A DNA stretch of 64,000 nucleotides from an uncultured cyanobacterium (GTDB lineage Bacteria; Cyanobacteriota; Cyanobacteriia; Cyanobacteriales; CAWUOF01): contig CAVUSO010000001.1 of the NCBI GenBank assembly GCA_963744145.1, forward strand, positions 2,272,001-2,336,000, written 5' to 3'. This document shows positions 20,079-30,532 of this stretch, one piece after another (within the stretch, counting starts at the first letter, position 1; every line of letters begins with the position of its first letter). The position numbers and the translations under genes were made by a program. The notes beneath the pieces were generated by a model. The model was given only the letters and a program-made list of their open reading frames with translations. It made no database searches and was not told the origin of the DNA.

Positions 20079-21158
20079 CTATTTGCGGATATTTCTGTCA
20101 AGATCAGGTTTTTGATCTGCGTAATTTTTTTTGACTTGCCAAATCTTGATAGTTTCATCAGAGCTAGCACTAGCAAGAGTATTGCCATGAGGATTGAAAG
20201 CAATAGACCAAACTGCTTTACTATGACCGATAAAAGTATTGATTAATTGCCCAGTATTAGTATTCCACAATCTAACTTTTTTGTCGTAACTGCCAGTAGC
20301 AAAAGTTTTTCCATCTGCACTAAAAGAAACAGAAAAAATTGCGTTATTATGTCCTTGAATAGTGCGAATTAACTGATCATTTTGCATATTCCAAAGTCTA
20401 ATTATCCCATCATAGCTACCACTAACTAAAATTTTTCCATTGGGACTAAAAGCAATAGAGCGAACTGCTTTTTCATCTGCTGCTAATGGAACTTTTAACT
20501 TACCTGTATTTAACTGCCAAATATTAATTTCGCCATTTTCAGTACCACTTGCAACCAAACGTCCATCAGGACTAATTGCCACAGTTCTGACTGGATTATT
20601 ATTATGTAAAGTATAAATTTCTAAACCAGTTTGTATATTCCACAATTTTACTGTATTATCCCAACTACCACTAGCTAAAGTTTTACCATCAGAACTAATA
20701 GATATTGACTTAACATCATCTAAATGTCCGTCAAGAGTAAGAATAAGTTTACCAGTTTTAAGATTCCATAGTTTAATTCTTCTATCCCAACTACCACTAG
20801 CAAGAATTTGGTTATTAGGACTTATAGCAAGAGCATCAACAGCTTCAGGATGAGCATTAATACTGTGAATCAATTTATTATTTCTCAGATTATAAATATT
20901 AATCATACCCTGATAATTACCGCTTACTAAAGTTTGACCATCTCGGCTAATTGCTAGAGCAAATATCCAGGCAGAATCTGGTTTAAGAGTAAGATTTTTT
21001 TGAGTGACTAATAAAGAATTTCCAGCGGTAGAATCTAGCTCTTTGTTTGATAAAAACGTTGCTATACTTAATCCAATCCCAATTGCTATAATTGCTAGGG
21101 CACTAATTTTTAAAGCTAAGGAAACTTTTTGATAGAATGGCATAAATTTTATGATCAA
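20079..21158 (-). CDS. WD40-repeat protein with N-terminal TM anchor
   Basis: Seven GH...LASGSWD..IKLW-type repeats. Confidence 0.93.
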   Translation of the reverse strand: MIIKFMPFYQKVSLALKISALAIIAIGIGLSIATFLSNKELDSTAGNSLLVTQKNLTLKPDSAWIFALAISRDGQTLVSGNYQGMINIYNLRNNKLIHSINAHPEAVDALAISPNNQILASGSWDRRIKLWNLKTGKLILTLDGHLDDVKSISISSDGKTLASGSWDNTVKLWNIQTGLEIYTLHNNNPVRTVAISPDGRLVASGTENGEINIWQLNTGKLKVPLAADEKAVRSIAFSPNGKILVSGSYDGIIRLWNMQNDQLIRTIQGHNNAIFSVSFSADGKTFATGSYDKKVRLWNTNTGQLINTFIGHSKAVWSIAFNPHGNTLASASSDETIKIWQVKKNYADQKPDLDRNIRK

Positions 21159-21172
21159 ATATTTGGGGTTGG

Positions 21173-21700
21173 TTAGTTTAGTTTATTTTGTTTGCTCGCC
21201 CGGGTTTCAATCCAAATTCTGATCATAAAAGAGACTGTCGTGACCAGAATAAATACAATTCCAATCGGTGTCAAATATGTCCAATGACCTAACATTTTGC
21301 CCCAAATATGCCAAGTTAAAAGAAACATCGCCAAATAAGTTAATTTATGTAACTTTTTCCAATCAGCTTTTAGTTTTTTGACACTCCAATCGTTTGAAGT
21401 AGCTGCTAGAATAGTAAAAATTGCGAAGGTGGATAATCCTTGAAAATAGACACTATAAGTTTTAAAATCAAAAAAATCAACATCTCTCTTACTAATTAAC
21501 AGAAAAGCATGACCGATCGTAAAAAAGAAAGCCAATATCCCAATTAAACGACGGTGTTTCAGCAAATTTTGAGGAATTTTAGTTACTTTTGTTACCGGAA
21601 ATACAATTTTCAGAATTGTCGGAAGTACTGTCACTATGTAGCTAATTAATGCCAAAAATCCTAGAAAGTTAGCTAGTACCGGCATATCCATTGTCAGCAT
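21173..21700 (-). CDS. Ferric reductase-like transmembrane (MsrQ/YedZ-like) protein
   Basis: HRRLIGI...H...TSNDWSVKKL..WKKLHKLTY...H heme-ligand pattern. Confidence 0.85.
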   Translation of the reverse strand: MLTMDMPVLANFLGFLALISYIVTVLPTILKIVFPVTKVTKIPQNLLKHRRLIGILAFFFTIGHAFLLISKRDVDFFDFKTYSVYFQGLSTFAIFTILAATSNDWSVKKLKADWKKLHKLTYLAMFLLTWHIWGKMLGHWTYLTPIGIVFILVTTVSFMIRIWIETRASKQNKLN

Positions 21701-21766
21701 ATTTTCAAATCATAAATATGTTTAATCGCAATTTGCGCCAAAATAGACTAACTAGCAGATATCTTC

Positions 21767-21782
21767 TGTGATTAAGATCACA
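21767..21782. promoter_or_regulatory. CRP-family binding site
   Basis: Perfect TGTGA-N6-TCACA (TGTGATTAAGATCACA), 67 bp upstream of the 21700 start. Confidence 0.65.
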
Positions 21783-21844
21783 TCCTGATTTTGTGATCAC
21801 AGAAAAACAGCTAGGATACGCCCCGTATTATAACTATAATAGTT

Positions 21845-22100
21845 TTATCGCTCCAAAATTTTGATTAGAATGCGAATTAGACTTTCTAGTTCATTAGGAA
21901 CGCGATAAAGGGTAAGCCCCTGTTGAATTTGCTTTTGCTCTCGGTGTATAATACCAAATTGCCAAATATCACCTGTGGAAACGGCTCCTTGCAGGATTGG
22001 TTGCTCATGATCTGTCCACTGGTCTAAAGCGATTAGCTCCACTGCAAGTTGGGTAAATCCTTTAGCTAAGTCGGCATTTTTTGCTTCAATCACAAGGAGT
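21845..22100 (-). pseudogene. 3' fragment of a PD-(D/E)xK-like protein, paralogue of 57297..57917
   Basis: IEAKNADLAKGFTQLAVELIALDQW...GAVSTGDIWQFG matches the C-terminal half of the 206-aa ORF. Confidence 0.75.
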
Positions 22101-22166
22101 TTGTCCGGGTTGGAGAATAGGGCGTTTGGACATGGTAGGATGGGATTTATTACAGATCAGCCCAGC

Positions 22167-22540
22167 ATGGTACAAGTATCCTCGAAAATATTAACATTGG
22201 CAGAGTTTCTAGAATTACTAGAAACCAAACCTGCAACTGAATACATTAATGGGCAAATTATCCAGAAACCTATACCACATTTGCGATCGCTCCAGATTGG
22301 ACAATTGAAATATTGTCTCCTGATCAAAGCCAAACAAAAGTCACCAAAAATATTCTTCATTGTCTGAAATATGGTACTGAAATGGGTTGGTTGATCGATC
22401 CAGATGAGCAAACTGTGTTTGTCTATCGTCTCCAAGCAGGAATTGAAGTGTTTGATGCTCCAGATAATCTTATTCCTGTACCATCCTTTGCGAAGGAATT
22501 GCAACTTACAATTAAAGATTTGTTTGCTTGGTTATTATAG
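22167..22540 (+). pseudogene. Uma2-family endonuclease pseudogene (internal deletion with frameshift)
   Basis: LTLAEFLELLETKPATEYINGQIIQKP continues in another frame as APDWTIEILSPDQSQTKVTKNILHCL; the middle is missing. Confidence 0.85.
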
Positions 22541-22561
22541 CACAATACAGTTAAATATACT

Positions 22562-22780
22562 GTAGGGGCGAAGCATTCGGGCGACAATTTATTGCTCAAG
22601 TCCGTTAATATTGTATCCGAATGCTTCGCCCTTCTTTGCCGATATCTCCCAAAACATCCTTAAATGAACCGTATTGCAATATAGTTTAGCATCAAACAAT
22701 GAAAAAGAAGGGCGAAGCATTCCGGGAATAAATCACTCGTTGTAACCAATAACTGATCTGCCGGAATGCTTCGCCCCTAC
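22562..22780. repeat. Two GTAG-type REP-like hairpin elements
   Basis: GTAGGGGCGAAGCATTCGG...CCGAATGCTTCGCCC and GGGCGAAGCATTCCGG...CCGGAATGCTTCGCCCCTAC. Confidence 0.8.
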
Positions 22781-23047
22781 AAAAACATTCACATTATGTT
22801 AATTTTGTCAATGAGCAACACAGAAATCTTTATTGTGTTTCTTCACTTAGATCAAGCAGTGGTTTTAATAAGTTGCGTTCTTCGATCGGAAGTTCTAATA
22901 AGACACGGCGATCGCTTTTAGTCTCCCGATACCTAACATCCATACAAAAGCACATCAGTGGCTCTCTCAGCTCATAATAAGACTCGCGTCCAATTGCTTC
23001 AGAATAAACATAACCCATATCTCGTAAATTCTTTAATTGACTACTAG
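22688..23047 (-). pseudogene. Deleted remnant of a paralogue of the ATPase-wHTH-TPR gene (41918..44314) plus its downstream flank
   Basis: 22688-22937 aligns by eye to 41773-42026, and 22933-23047 to ~43207-43317; the two parts are joined at the microhomology TAACA. Confidence 0.9.
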
Positions 23048-23423
23048 TCTGCGGCGTAAGTTCGGATACCCTTTTTAAGCTGTTAGCGCTTTCCCCTTGT
23101 AAGTCCACTGAAAGGGTTTGGCCATCGTGCGGTTGAAATAATCAATGAACTCAACAATGCGAGTTTTTAAGTCAGCTTGACTGAGAAAATTGCCCCGTCT
23201 GAGTAACTTCCGCATTAAGATCCCGAACCAAATTTCAATTTGATTGAGCCAAGAGCAATGCTTGGGAGTGAAGTGAAAGACGATGCGATGGGTTGGATCT
23301 TTTAGAAACGCCGCTCGGGTTGCCATCGATTGGAGAATGCCACTCTTGCCCTTGATGCCCAGATCCATCTCCAATCCCTCTGCGGTTGCCAAATAGCGCA
23401 CCAGCGATTCCGACTGATGAGTC
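23045..23423 (-). mobile_element. IS630-family transposase 3' remnant with one end
   Basis: [17 protein letters not shown]...[15 protein letters not shown]; non-coding end abuts TA at ~23045. Confidence 0.85.
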
Positions 23424-23650
23424 GGTTTTAGCATCGGTCGGCGGCGATCGCTTCCATTTTCCTTTATGCTACATTCGCGAATAGCGAATAATCAAAATGT
23501 GGCTCTAATCCTTAAGAAAAACTAATTATTCCTCAGTTCATCTTGACTTACTAATAAAAAATTATGTATTATCTCATTTAAGTAAGAGATTGACTTGGCT
23601 GACCCGATCGCATTTTCAGATTGGGCTGTTCTTCATCAAGTTTTTTAGTC
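23424..23650. repeat. Conserved ~227-bp block, copy 1
   Basis: Starts at the MLKP start codon (minus strand), contains HIP1, the ATTCGCGAAT palindrome and TCTCATTTAAGTAAG, and ends TTAGTC. Homologous to 30669-30898 and 40220-40449. Confidence 0.9.
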
Positions 23651-23710
23651 TTTGCTGTGAAAAATTGCGATCGCACGGGTAAATCAACCATATCACCAGG
23701 TTAAGACGCC

Positions 23711-26044
23711 ATGAATTTAGAGTCACTCAAGCCCAACGTTCAAGATCTGCAAGAGGATGTTATTCTTCTGCTCAATAATATCAGTAATTTGATGAGTAGT
23801 GCTAGTACAATACTAGGTTCTGATGCTGGTAAGAAATATAAAGAATTTCAGCAAGACGTTACCAAGGAAGTTAACAAAGTAAAGAATCTAGAATTAAGAA
23901 TGGCCATTGTCGCACCAATGAAAGCAGGTAAATCTACAATCATCAATGCCATTGTCGGACATGATTTTTTGCCTAGTCGCAATACGGCAATGACGACACT
24001 CCCTACAGAGATTATTTTTAATGATCAAAAAACCGATCCAAAGCTAACATTAAGCGACAAAATATGTTCAGCTTTTCAACGAACAATTAAAGCTTTACAA
24101 GACGAAATTAAGAAATTAGGAACTGAGGCAACACAAGAGAAGATAAGTAAACAAGGGAAGCAAGAATATTTAGTAAATCTGGCACAGAAAATACAAGATA
24201 CAGCCAATTTTCCAATAAATGCTGAAACCTATGGATTTAAAGAAATTAAAAATACTCTGACTGATTTAAACGATATTATCCGTTTGTGTAGCTTACTAGA
24301 ACCTTCTAAAGACCCGTTGCGTGAGCTGATCGAGTTTCCCTGTATAGAGACACCATTTTGCAAATTACAAAAAAACGATCATTTACAGATGTTAGGAAAT
24401 TTGGTGATTGTCGATACCCCAGGGCCAAATGAAGCGGGACAAAACCAGATATTAGAGGAAGTGGTTAAAGAACAACTAAAGAACAGTTCCATTGTATTGA
24501 TTGTTTTGAACTTTACAGCACTGAACACAAAAGCTGATGAGGATGTTAAGAAGGAAGTTGACAAGGTTATTAAGCTACGGGGTAAGGACAGCTTATATGT
24601 TCTAGTTAACAAAGTTGATCAGCGTCAAAAAGGTGACATGACCTCTGAAGATGTCAGCGAATTCGTTGCATCTAAATTTAATATAGGTGATTCAGATGAT
24701 ACCGAGCGCGTGTTTGAAATATCGGCGAGACAGGCATTATATGCTACCAAATTTCTGCTGGAATTCCAGCAGAATCAAGATGTTGATATTACTGAAATGG
24801 AAACCGTAGAGGAACTAGCACAGGAAGCACTTGGCCCAAGGTGGAAAGACAAATTGAAAAAGAAAAGTGTAGAAGATATGCAAGAAGAAGCTGAGTATCT
24901 TTGGGAAGAATCAGGTTTTGTACCATTTCTGGAAAAAGCTATTAATGCACTTATGGAAAGTGCTGCACCTCGGTGTATAAAGTCTGCACTAAATCTTAGT
25001 CGTAATTATTTAGAACAGCTAAGTAAAGATGTTGAATTTCGTAGCAATGCCATTGCCAAAGAAGCAACTGGACTACAAGTTCAAGTTGCTGCTTTAGAAG
25101 CTGATTTAGAACATCTTGATTTATGTCGTAGTCGTCTTAATCAAGTGGATAAAATTAAGGCAGACCTTAAAACAAATCTTGAGAAAATATTTAACTTGCT
25201 AAAGAAAAAATCCAAAGTGAGTATTGAAGATTATTTTGAAAAAGAAGAGTTTAATAACGCTAAACTTGCCGAGAAAGTGTTTATTGTAATGACTAAGATT
25301 TTTCAAGGTAAAGATTATAAAAGTTCTGGCATAATTGAATTTAAAAATCTTCAAGATGCAAAAGAGTTTAGTGATCTAGCATTGGCTTACCCAAAAGATA
25401 AAATAAATCGTTTATTAGCGGATAATCGCGAACAAGTTACAAAGCAGATTAAACAATCATGTAAAACATTGCTTAATTCGTTGGAAAGTCAAACTAACGA
25501 AATTATTGAACGTGCGCGTATTCGTTTGAAAGAAAATTTTCATGTAGATCTATCCCCACCACCGATCCCAGACTGGAAACCTGTGGATTTTGTTGGATAT
25601 CAATTTTCGAGCCAGACAAGAGAAACAACTGAATTTCAGACAAGAAAATACAGACCTTGGTGGCTCCTTTGGCTAATTGAGCTAGAAGAAAAAGTCCCAA
25701 TTAACAAAACTGAAGATTACTATACTGTCTCCTTAGAAGAGTTAATTGATAAGATAAATAAATCAATTGATGCTAATTTAAAAAAAATAGATCAAGAGAT
25801 AAATAACTATCTTGATGAAGATTTTCAGCAACGAATTGATATCTTTTTTGAAAATCTTGATCGTTACCTTCGTAACTATAGAGATAGTTTAAGGCAAGCA
25901 CAGGAAGATAAAAAACTATCACTTGATGACAAAAAAAAATTAGAATGTGAACTTAGTTCATTAGTTTTAGATGCCGCTTCACAAATTGAAAAAATAGATA
26001 CCTATCTCCAATGGACAAACTCATTAATACCAGACAAGCGATGA
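23711..26044 (+). CDS. Bacterial dynamin-like GTPase (CrfC/YjdA-like)
   Basis: G1 APMKAGKS, PSRNTAMT, G3 DTPG, G4 NKVD; long helical C-terminus with a hydrophobic PWWLLWL tip. Confidence 0.85.
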   Translation: MNLESLKPNVQDLQEDVILLLNNISNLMSSASTILGSDAGKKYKEFQQDVTKEVNKVKNLELRMAIVAPMKAGKSTIINAIVGHDFLPSRNTAMTTLPTEIIFNDQKTDPKLTLSDKICSAFQRTIKALQDEIKKLGTEATQEKISKQGKQEYLVNLAQKIQDTANFPINAETYGFKEIKNTLTDLNDIIRLCSLLEPSKDPLRELIEFPCIETPFCKLQKNDHLQMLGNLVIVDTPGPNEAGQNQILEEVVKEQLKNSSIVLIVLNFTALNTKADEDVKKEVDKVIKLRGKDSLYVLVNKVDQRQKGDMTSEDVSEFVASKFNIGDSDDTERVFEISARQALYATKFLLEFQQNQDVDITEMETVEELAQEALGPRWKDKLKKKSVEDMQEEAEYLWEESGFVPFLEKAINALMESAAPRCIKSALNLSRNYLEQLSKDVEFRSNAIAKEATGLQVQVAALEADLEHLDLCRSRLNQVDKIKADLKTNLEKIFNLLKKKSKVSIEDYFEKEEFNNAKLAEKVFIVMTKIFQGKDYKSSGIIEFKNLQDAKEFSDLALAYPKDKINRLLADNREQVTKQIKQSCKTLLNSLESQTNEIIERARIRLKENFHVDLSPPPIPDWKPVDFVGYQFSSQTRETTEFQTRKYRPWWLLWLIELEEKVPINKTEDYYTVSLEELIDKINKSIDANLKKIDQEINNYLDEDFQQRIDIFFENLDRYLRNYRDSLRQAQEDKKLSLDDKKKLECELSSLVLDAASQIEKIDTYLQWTNSLIPDKR

Positions 26045-26150
26045 CTGAGTTTTTATATTAACCATAAATTTAACTGGCTAGGATAAAATTTAGATATTAT
26101 TAGCCAATAAATCTGTGTAGAATAGATAGTAAATAGGATATGCTTATGAT

Positions 26151-27287
26151 ATGATTACAGCCATCACGATTGAAGGATTCAAAAGTTTAGAACAGGTTAA
26201 CTTAAACCTAGGTAACCTTAATCTATTTATTGGTACAAATGCTAGCGGAAAGTCTAACTTCTTTGATGCTTTGCGGGTATTGCAGGGAATTGGTTATGGA
26301 TTTACCATTGATGAAATATTCAATGGTAAACCAAAAAGTGCTAGTAGTGAAGTTTGGGAACAAATTCGCGGTGGAAGCAGTAAAGCAGACTTCGTAAGAC
26401 GCGGTGATTTAAACCCTAACTTAGAAGAACGAGTAATTCGCTTGTCTGTTCACTTGCAATTACGAGATGAATCTACTACTCAGATTCAATATTCTATCAG
26501 TATCTCAGCCCAGTTTAGTTGTGTTCGTAGCGAAAAACTTCAGGTTGGCGATCGCCTAATTTTCGATTCTGAGCCAATTACTAATTTACCAACAAGTCCA
26601 GTTTTAGAAATTCGGTACTACACAGGTAAACCAGGACAACAACCACACCTAAAATTTGAAAACTCTAGACCAATTTTACATCAATTACTGCGCGATCGCC
26701 ATTGTGATCCAGAACACGCTGAATATATAGAAAATTGTATTCATGCACTCAGTAACAGTCAACATCTCGATCCATCTCCTAGTATTTTACGCAATTATTC
26801 TCAGGCAAATATTGTCAAAAGAATGGGAGAAAAAGGCGAGAATTTTGCCGGATTAGTGAAAAATATTATCGCCGATGAAAAAGAAAAAGACGCTTTTGTC
26901 TCTTGGCTGAAAGAATTGACACCTAATGAACTTGATGATATCCGTATTTTGCATGGTGCAGTAGGAGAGGCATTATTTGCATTAAAAGATGGAGAACAAA
27001 TTCATCCAGCCACAATTTTATCAGATGGTACACTAAGATTTTCAGCAATTACCGCCGCATTTTTTCAGCCAGATCTGCCAGATATTATCACTAATGAGGA
27101 TGATTATCAAACAACATTTATTTGCGATCGCGATAAAGAAACAGGTGCGACAAACCTAGTACCACTAATCAAATTACCGCATTTATTAAAGAGTATTCAG
27201 AAACAGTCAATTACCGAATTATTTGCGGAGGGTTGGTTTGAGCGTCTGTCCTCAAGGATTTACAAAACCGCATTCAAAATTTATTAA
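26151..27287 (+). pseudogene. AAA_21/ABC-type ATPase with apparent in-frame loss of the Walker B/H-loop segment
   Basis: GTNASGKSN and LSDGTLRF are present, but the expected hhEE..N..H and TTHS motifs are absent after PDIIT. Confidence 0.6.
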
Positions 27288-27308
27288 AATCTGAATAATA
27301 TTAAACTT

Positions 27309-28346
27309 ATGAATTTTCTCAGTCCCTCTACTCGTCGTCTTCAAGAACTACAACGCCAAGTTCCTATTGTTGGCGATCGAGCCTTAATTGATCTAGTTAA
27401 CGGTATTCAGGTTAGTAAAGACATTATTAGATTTCGCAAAAATCGTGGTTTCTTCGGACAATTACTAGATACATTAGACGGTAGTAATCAGCAACGTCAA
27501 CTCTTATTAGATGGTAACTTACTGGCTGGACAAGAAGCTTTATATCAATGGGTATTAGAGATAACCGATTCACTCCGTATTAGTCAAGTTGCTTTAGAAA
27601 TTACTCAACAATCTTTATTAGAAGCAAGGGCAGCTATTCGCCATCAAAAAGAAAGATTACAAAATCAAGAAACTGCTTTTTTACGGCTAATTGAAGTTGT
27701 ATCTAATCTGGAACGAGAAGTTAATCATAGAATTGATTTATTAGAAGCACGGGTACGGAATTTAGAAATTCGGGTAGCTGCTAATGAAGATTTAGATAGA
27801 ATTATAACTGCCTGGACCGCAGCACAAACCTATAATAATCTTCCTTGGGTTTTTCAAGTTGCCTTACTTACTAGGGAGGCATTTACTAGCTCTGTCGCAA
27901 TTTATGAACTCGCAACAGGGGATCTCAATAAATTTCGTAACCTACTGGTAAATAAAATCCTATCTCATAGTCATTCAATCCCTAAAAGCTTTTTTGGATT
28001 TGCTGATTTGCTCGATCGCTCTTGTGCAGAAATGAAAGCAAACGATTCATTTGCTCGCGATCGCTTCTCTTTACAAGAATTAACCACAGCTTTACTCGAA
28101 GTTCGTTCCATCCCGCTTCAACGTCTGCAAAATACACCTGTACTATTTACCATTGGGACAAGTTTAGAACTAGCGATCTTACCGGAAAATGCTAAACCAA
28201 GCAAAATAGGTGAATGCGCGATCGCTCTTTGTTGTTCACAAATTTATCCGATATACCGCACTACTGACGCAAGAGAATTAGTCACTGCTATAGTAACAGA
28301 AACCGCCAATGATTGTTTAGAAACACTTAGTAGGAGTTCGCGCTAA
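27309..28346 (+). CDS. YjcZ/RdcB-like coiled-coil protein
   Basis: DRALIDLVNGI...GFFGQLLDTLDG...RQ...L..WVLE pattern recalled for YjcZ-like partners of CrfC-type dynamins; context agrees. Confidence 0.6.
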   Translation: MNFLSPSTRRLQELQRQVPIVGDRALIDLVNGIQVSKDIIRFRKNRGFFGQLLDTLDGSNQQRQLLLDGNLLAGQEALYQWVLEITDSLRISQVALEITQQSLLEARAAIRHQKERLQNQETAFLRLIEVVSNLEREVNHRIDLLEARVRNLEIRVAANEDLDRIITAWTAAQTYNNLPWVFQVALLTREAFTSSVAIYELATGDLNKFRNLLVNKILSHSHSIPKSFFGFADLLDRSCAEMKANDSFARDRFSLQELTTALLEVRSIPLQRLQNTPVLFTIGTSLELAILPENAKPSKIGECAIALCCSQIYPIYRTTDARELVTAIVTETANDCLETLSRSSR

Positions 28347-29353
28347 TGAAATCTAGTCATCCCCAATTTGGACTGGTGCTAACGGGCGGTGGTGCAAAAG
28401 GAGCTTATCAAGCTGGTGCTTTGCAGTATCTCGCTGAATTAGGATTAGAACCACAAATAATTGCTGGTACAAGTATTGGCGCTTTGAACGGTGCTGTTTT
28501 ATCATCCTATCAGCCTTTTTCCTACGCTGTCCATCGTTTAAATGAACTTTGGGAGGAATTAGGTGATGCACCAATCCTACGGTCAAATCCTAATGGATTA
28601 CTACCAATTATTAGTTATGCTACCCAAACTTTCGTGCCTACTTTCAGAGAGTGGATGCTAGATTTCTTGATTAACCAAGGACTATTGAAAAACCGTAAAG
28701 CTATATATGACCCAACCGCAATTGAACAGTTGTTAAGAGAAAAAGTTAATCCCTCAGCACTGCGACAAGGTATCGAATTATGGGTGACAGTCTTTCCCTC
28801 TCTCAAAATTCCTGGTTTAGATTGTGACTGGTTGATTGATTTTATTCGCGCTAAGACTGGAACGGGCGCACATTGGCTTTGCGCTCAAGATATTACTAAT
28901 GATGCTAATCTGTACAATGTACTCCTAGCTAGTGCAGCCATTCCTTTATTATTTCCCAGCCGAGAAGTTAATGGGCAGTTTTATGTAGATGGAGCTTTAG
29001 CTGATAATGTACCTCTAAGGGCACTGGCAAAGTGTGGGTGTCGTTATGTTATAGTTATTCATCTGCAAAATGGATCTGTTTGGAATCGTCATAATTTTCC
29101 AGAGCAAACCATTATTGAAATTAGACCTGAAACAGCAATTAATAAGTCTGATACACCGTTACTAGGTCAAATTAGTAGTTTACTAGATTTTAGTGCTGAA
29201 CGAATTGCCGAACTTAAACAGTGTGGTTATGAAGATGCTAGACGGTGTTTAGAACCAATTATCCAAACCTTTAGCACTGTTTATGAGCAACGGCGATCGC
29301 AAAACTCACTACTTGAATCAACATGGGAACTTATGAACGATCCAAAGCTATAA
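28346..29353 (+). CDS. Patatin-like phospholipase
   Basis: GGGAKG, GTSIG (GxSxG), ASAAIP, VDGA; TAATG stop/start overlap with the upstream gene. Confidence 0.9.
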   Translation: MKSSHPQFGLVLTGGGAKGAYQAGALQYLAELGLEPQIIAGTSIGALNGAVLSSYQPFSYAVHRLNELWEELGDAPILRSNPNGLLPIISYATQTFVPTFREWMLDFLINQGLLKNRKAIYDPTAIEQLLREKVNPSALRQGIELWVTVFPSLKIPGLDCDWLIDFIRAKTGTGAHWLCAQDITNDANLYNVLLASAAIPLLFPSREVNGQFYVDGALADNVPLRALAKCGCRYVIVIHLQNGSVWNRHNFPEQTIIEIRPETAINKSDTPLLGQISSLLDFSAERIAELKQCGYEDARRCLEPIIQTFSTVYEQRRSQNSLLESTWELMNDPKL

Positions 29354-29423
29354 TATCAACCACATCATGTTAGATGTAGAAGATTTTCAATCCGATGTTA
29401 AAACACTAGAATCACTGGCATTG

Positions 29424-29726
29424 CTATTGTTTGTCGTCTAAATCTAGTGGGTAAGGAAGCGGTTTCCCACGTCCCTGCAACTGATAACGCACAAGCACAT
29501 TAAAGGAACGCTTTGGTGGTATGGGGTGATAGCTAGTTTCAGTAATATCTTCGGGAGATTCTAGTGATTGTTCAACAGATGTCAAGTGCTGCCATATAGT
29601 ATCTGTTAATTCAGCCAGTTTCTGTCTCTCTAAACTTCTTGGTTGAGTTGCAACTGTTGATTCTCGCACCAATAATTTTGATGAGGTGGTGATGCTGTTA
29701 AGACTTTGTGAGTAAATAGTAGCCAT
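29424..29726 (-). CDS. Hypothetical protein coupled to the TIGR04255 gene
   Basis: TAATG overlap with 29726..30472. Confidence 0.6.
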   Translation of the reverse strand: MATIYSQSLNSITTSSKLLVRESTVATQPRSLERQKLAELTDTIWQHLTSVEQSLESPEDITETSYHPIPPKRSFNVLVRYQLQGRGKPLPYPLDLDDKQ

Positions 29727-30472
29727 TAGTCGATTAACTCCCTAGTGCGATCGGTAATACAAGCTTCAAAGACTTGATCTATGCAGGTGTGTAGTTGTTC
29801 TAGAATATACCAGAGTGCTGAATCATCATCGGGGAGATCGATGTCTCGAACTAGCTCAATATCCAAAAGGATAGAAACTACATCTGGGCTAGGTGGTGGA
29901 ATAATTGCCTGATTGAGAATCAACTGGGATCTTAAATCCTCTTGGGGAATTTGTAATTGCATGAAGTAACCACTTAGACCTTGCGGTAAGTCAGATGAAA
30001 CTTCAGGTACTGTCCGTAGGTAGTCTTTGAAGTCTTCAAAAGGAAAAGGTAGATCGAGTCGGTTAATATATCGCAAAGCCAATCGAATAATGCGCTTTGG
30101 GTTGATAGTTGATTGATAAATCTTCCAGAGTCGCTGTGCTTCATCTCGGAATGTCTCCCATCGATCATAGGGAGCAAGTCTACTGAAGGTAAAACCATCC
30201 AATCGAGACTGAAAAATCTGCTTTTGATCACTGCTTGAGAAGATGTAGCCTACTTGATTTTGACTGATTGTACTCCCTAAACTAGCACCAACTACCATTT
30301 GACTCTGAAAAATCATGATTTCCTGACGGTTTGGGTAGTCTGTTTTAATATTTGAATGTATATCCAATATGGTGGCAAGTGTCACTTCTTCAGACAGTTC
30401 AGTCCGGAGGTCAATTATAGCTTCGGTGAGCGGTGCGTGTGAGTAGTGTTTCGATAATGGCATAGCAATCAT
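29726..30472 (-). CDS. TIGR04255-family protein
   Basis: YSHAPLTEAIIDLR...PYDRWETF...RLALRYINR...LLDI...FEACIT. Confidence 0.8.
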   Translation of the reverse strand: MIAMPLSKHYSHAPLTEAIIDLRTELSEEVTLATILDIHSNIKTDYPNRQEIMIFQSQMVVGASLGSTISQNQVGYIFSSSDQKQIFQSRLDGFTFSRLAPYDRWETFRDEAQRLWKIYQSTINPKRIIRLALRYINRLDLPFPFEDFKDYLRTVPEVSSDLPQGLSGYFMQLQIPQEDLRSQLILNQAIIPPPSPDVVSILLDIELVRDIDLPDDDSALWYILEQLHTCIDQVFEACITDRTRELID

Positions 30473-30532
30473 TATATTTCTAGTCCCATCATAAACCTGT
30501 TAACACCGCCAATATTAAATTCCTAAGTATTC

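Noticed and set aside
28346..29353. CBASS (patatin as CapV)
   Set aside because: No CD-NTase nearby; the only NTase is 10 kb away and AbiEii-like.
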